A stretch of DNA of 64,000 nt from Fistulifera solaris (Eukaryota). This document shows positions 63,059-64,000 of the stretch, in pieces (the stretch's first letter is position 1; each line of letters begins with the position of its first letter). The DNA lies in the NCBI GenBank assembly GCA_030295235.1, contig AP026130.1, forward strand, positions 310,001-374,000, in the 5' to 3' direction. The notes beneath the pieces were generated by a model, which had not been told where the DNA came from, made no database searches, and saw nothing but the letters and a program-made list of their open reading frames with translations. Both the position numbers and the translations under genes were made by a program.

Positions 63059-64000
63059 TTAATAATCATCACTCTGTGACAAAGTCTGGCTTTGCGAGAG
63101 AGACATAATGAGACCCTTGGGATCTTTGATACCTTGGTACCCCTGAAATTGGTGATTGCGTCTGTACTGTTTGTGGAGTTTCAATCGAACACGATCGGAC
63201 TCTTCCGCGATCTTTGACACATTTTCCAAGGCTTGCTGAATTCTAACACATGATAGGGAAATATCTTCGAGCGTTTGGTTCACCTTCTCAATTTCTTCCG
63301 TTACTTCCACTTCCTTCGTCGTATCAGCCGTTTGTTCACTTTGTTTGTCTTGTTCTTCCTTCTGCTTTCGCTCCATGTCCTCGATTTCTCGCTCTTGTTG
63401 ATCCAATTGCTCGGCTGCATCTTTCCACGATTTCTCTTCTTTTTTGTAGCTTGGAGATCTCTGTCATGAGATAGACAATTTCTCTCCACAACTCCTGGTT
63501 CTTGGGCAGCTTCTTGATTAATTCTTGTTTTTGCTTATTGCGCGCTATTTCCAGTTCACGTTCGCGCACTTCTTCCGATCGCGCCTTTTCGACCTCCAGC
63601 CGCTTCGCTTCTTCTTCTTTTTTTCGCTGCAATTGCTCTCGACACTGAGCATCGCGCTTCGCCCGTGACGCGGACACGGCCTGCATGGCAGCCCCGATGC
63701 TGGCCATGACCGTTTTGCGGCAACGTACGACCATATCGGTCTGGTGGGGCAAGTCACGCTGCACTTTCGCTTGCAAGTCTTTCAAAACTTGTAATTCCGA
63801 GGAAGCAATCGCTGGCAAAAGAACTTCTTCGAAAGAAAGCACTCCAACATCTGCCAGGGCGGCCTGATCGCTCTCGTCATTGGTCATAGCGTGATCGACA
63901 AGAGACTTTACCAGCCCTTTGGAGGGGAAAGGAACATTCGTGGGGTATTCGATTGATTCCAGAGGTAAAGCAGCTTCTTTTGAGGAGTCAATTGGCGTCT
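63059..64000 (-). CDS. Coiled-coil hypothetical protein; 5' end outside the window, one frameshift
   Basis: Charged heptad-rich ORFs 63336-63887 and 63059-63406 overlap and continue one another. Confidence 0.6.

Overview
Eukaryotic nuclear DNA from a very gene-dense genome with short GT-AG introns (56-75 bp) and tiny intergenic gaps. Gene content points to a diatom, probably a pennate one (inference from a type III metacaspase, ASAFAP-like plastid targeting, a CoDi-like copia element and diatom-style hypothetical proteins). About 24 protein-coding genes are present: DENN protein, two NmrA-like paralogues, JmjC demethylase, Tim17-family protein, RING-CH/MYND membrane protein, CDC16, PI-PLC, CoA-disulfide reductase-rhodanese, AAA ATPase, NOB1, ACCase, FAD-G3PDH, syntaxin 5, AsmA-like protein, metacaspase III, BolA, organellar LeuRS, ARM protein, glycerate kinase, NSUN2, a methyltransferase with zinc fingers, bZIP, PDK1-like kinase and IMP2. 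Many genes carry 1-bp indels in homopolymers, most likely assembly errors. The main accessory structure is a young 7.1-kb Ty1/copia element (2906-9993, 5-bp TSD GCGAT). It has non-canonical TG...GA ends, a half-tRNA-iMet-type primer site and a gag UAG followed by a hairpin and a continuing open frame, and it splits the promoter of one NmrA paralogue. Also present are a piggyBac-like remnant, a probable solo LTR abutting the PLC start codon, and an inverted, deletion-riddled copy of the ACCase 3' end. No rRNA, tRNA or CRISPR array was recognised.
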